Assembly (NCBI GenBank): GCA_025355345.1
Contig: JANXZU010000098.1
Coordinates: forward strand, 960-64,959
Length of the DNA stretch: 64,000 nt
From: Syntrophaceae bacterium
GTDB taxonomy: Bacteria; Desulfobacterota; Syntrophia; Syntrophales; Smithellaceae
Reading direction: 5' to 3'
In this document: piece after piece, positions 63,236 to 64,000 of the stretch
Numbering within the stretch: position 1 is the first letter of the stretch
How the letters are laid out: the number at the start of each line of letters is the position of its first letter
Program-made: the position numbers and the translations under genes
The notes under the pieces: model-generated
Databases searched by the model: none
What the model saw: the letters and a program-made list of their open reading frames with translations, nothing else
What the model was told of the DNA's origin: nothing

Positions 63236-63349
63236 AACAGAACGGTTGTTAATGCTCATCGTGGGCTAATTGATGTAAAGAGTCTTCCCGGTGCGGGCTT
63301 GACGTTTATTTTTTGCCTGCCAATTAATCCCGGGAAAGCCGATAATTAA
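63236..63349 (+). pseudogene. Remnant of a histidine kinase C-terminus (HATPase_c tail only)
   Basis: Translates to NRTVVNAHRGLIDVKSLPGAGLTFIFCLPINPGKADN*, which matches the IVxxHGGxIxVxSxxGxGTxFxFxLP tail of sensor kinases. A stop lies immediately upstream at 63233 and no upstream kinase domain is present. Confidence 0.55.
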
Positions 63350-63434
63350 TATACTGAAAAAATCCAGACGCGGTGTGGTTGTGAAAAAAGCTCATCTGTT
63401 GTCACTACTTTTTCTTAAAGGACAAAAGGGAACG

Positions 63435-63746
63435 ATGGATATTTCGAAGTGGTTGGATCAAAAGGAATTCGCAGGCATTGATGTTTCTCAAATCGTATTG
63501 CCTGATGATCTGGCAAATGATGATGTGCCGGACGAAACGATCTATTATAAAGAAATTAATACTTGCGGTATTCTCTGCACCGGTAGCCATCCGTTTTCTA
63601 CGGTCGAGCGATTTGGGCACTGGTATTATAGTCGAGGCCGCGATAAAGAGGCCGGCCCGCACACCACAAAATCTCAGTGGCGGCTTTTTACAAGAGACAA
63701 AGACCGCGCGATTAAAATAGCAAAATCACATATAGAAAAAGACTGA
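63435..63746 (+). CDS. Hypothetical protein
   Basis: Probably starts at ATG 63435 (MDISKWL..). No motif is recognised. Confidence 0.4.
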   Translation: MDISKWLDQKEFAGIDVSQIVLPDDLANDDVPDETIYYKEINTCGILCTGSHPFSTVERFGHWYYSRGRDKEAGPHTTKSQWRLFTRDKDRAIKIAKSHIEKD

Positions 63747-63807
63747 CAGATAATTTGGTTTGGTGTTCCGGTATTTAATTGATGTCATTAGTGTTAAGGA
63801 GATGCCG

Positions 63808-64000
63808 ATGAAAAAATCAGCAATTAACCTTCCATTTTTTTGGATCATCCTTTTTGCTTTCTTGTTCCCGTGTTTATTCCGGGGAAATTGTATAGCTCAA
63901 CCTTCGGATGTCAATTCTGTCAAAAGCATACGTGTGAGCAGTGACCACGATTATCCGCCTTATGAGTTCAATGATGAGAAAGGAAGGCCAACCGGATTCA
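63808..64000 (+). CDS. Periplasmic substrate-binding (family 3 SBP-like) domain protein, 3' end outside the window
   Basis: Signal/TM segment followed by SSDHDYPPYEFNDEKGRPTGF, typical of SBP_bac_3 N-termini, which are often the sensor module of kinases. ATG 63802 is an alternative start. Confidence 0.6.
   Translation, partial: MKKSAINLPFFWIILFAFLFPCLFRGNCIAQPSDVNSVKSIRVSSDHDYPPYEFNDEKGRPTGF

Overview
This is a 64-kb chromosomal window with about 60 protein-coding genes. I found no rRNA, tRNA, CRISPR array, transposase or phage genes. All calls come from reading the ORF translations and DNA by eye; no searches or computations were run. The gene content suggests an anaerobe, possibly Desulfobacterota-like (inference only): a four-subunit 2-oxoacid:ferredoxin oxidoreductase, two iron-sulfur flavoproteins, a DUF134/NifX-like pair, System II cytochrome c biogenesis (resB/ccsA), MsrAB, MtaD, KefG/KefB, HflX, PAS sensor kinases and a GGDEF protein. 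Two regions stand out. (1) A minus-strand operon, LemA - DUF350 - large membrane protein (15361-18902). Its last gene carries three tandem Hint (intein-like) domains, each starting with Cys and ending in His-Asn. They sit in a Gly-rich extracytoplasmic linker upstream of a TM helix and two Tim44-like domains. (2) A roughly 12-14 kb FAS/PKS-like lipid cluster (about 25973-40265). It has two ACPs, two Cys-His-His ketosynthases, a FabZ-like and a PKS-type dehydratase, a hot-dog thioesterase, an ADP-forming acyl-CoA synthetase, a NodB deacetylase and three radical SAM enzymes (one B12-binding, two paralogues with a CC-x5/6-C-x2-C auxiliary motif). It has no KR, ER or AT genes, and its product is not deducible from sequence. 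Smaller observations: a rubredoxin-like/DUF2231 membrane protein next to an exported protein with weak superoxide-reductase-like motifs; a conserved long hairpin present three times immediately after stop codons; a structured 181-nt insert inside the oxidoreductase operon; an HflX gene whose N-terminal coding region has no canonical start codon; a cutinase/dienelactone-hydrolase-like protein with Gly in place of the nucleophile Ser; a histidine-kinase C-terminal remnant; and a recent internal duplication in a ComEA-like protein.
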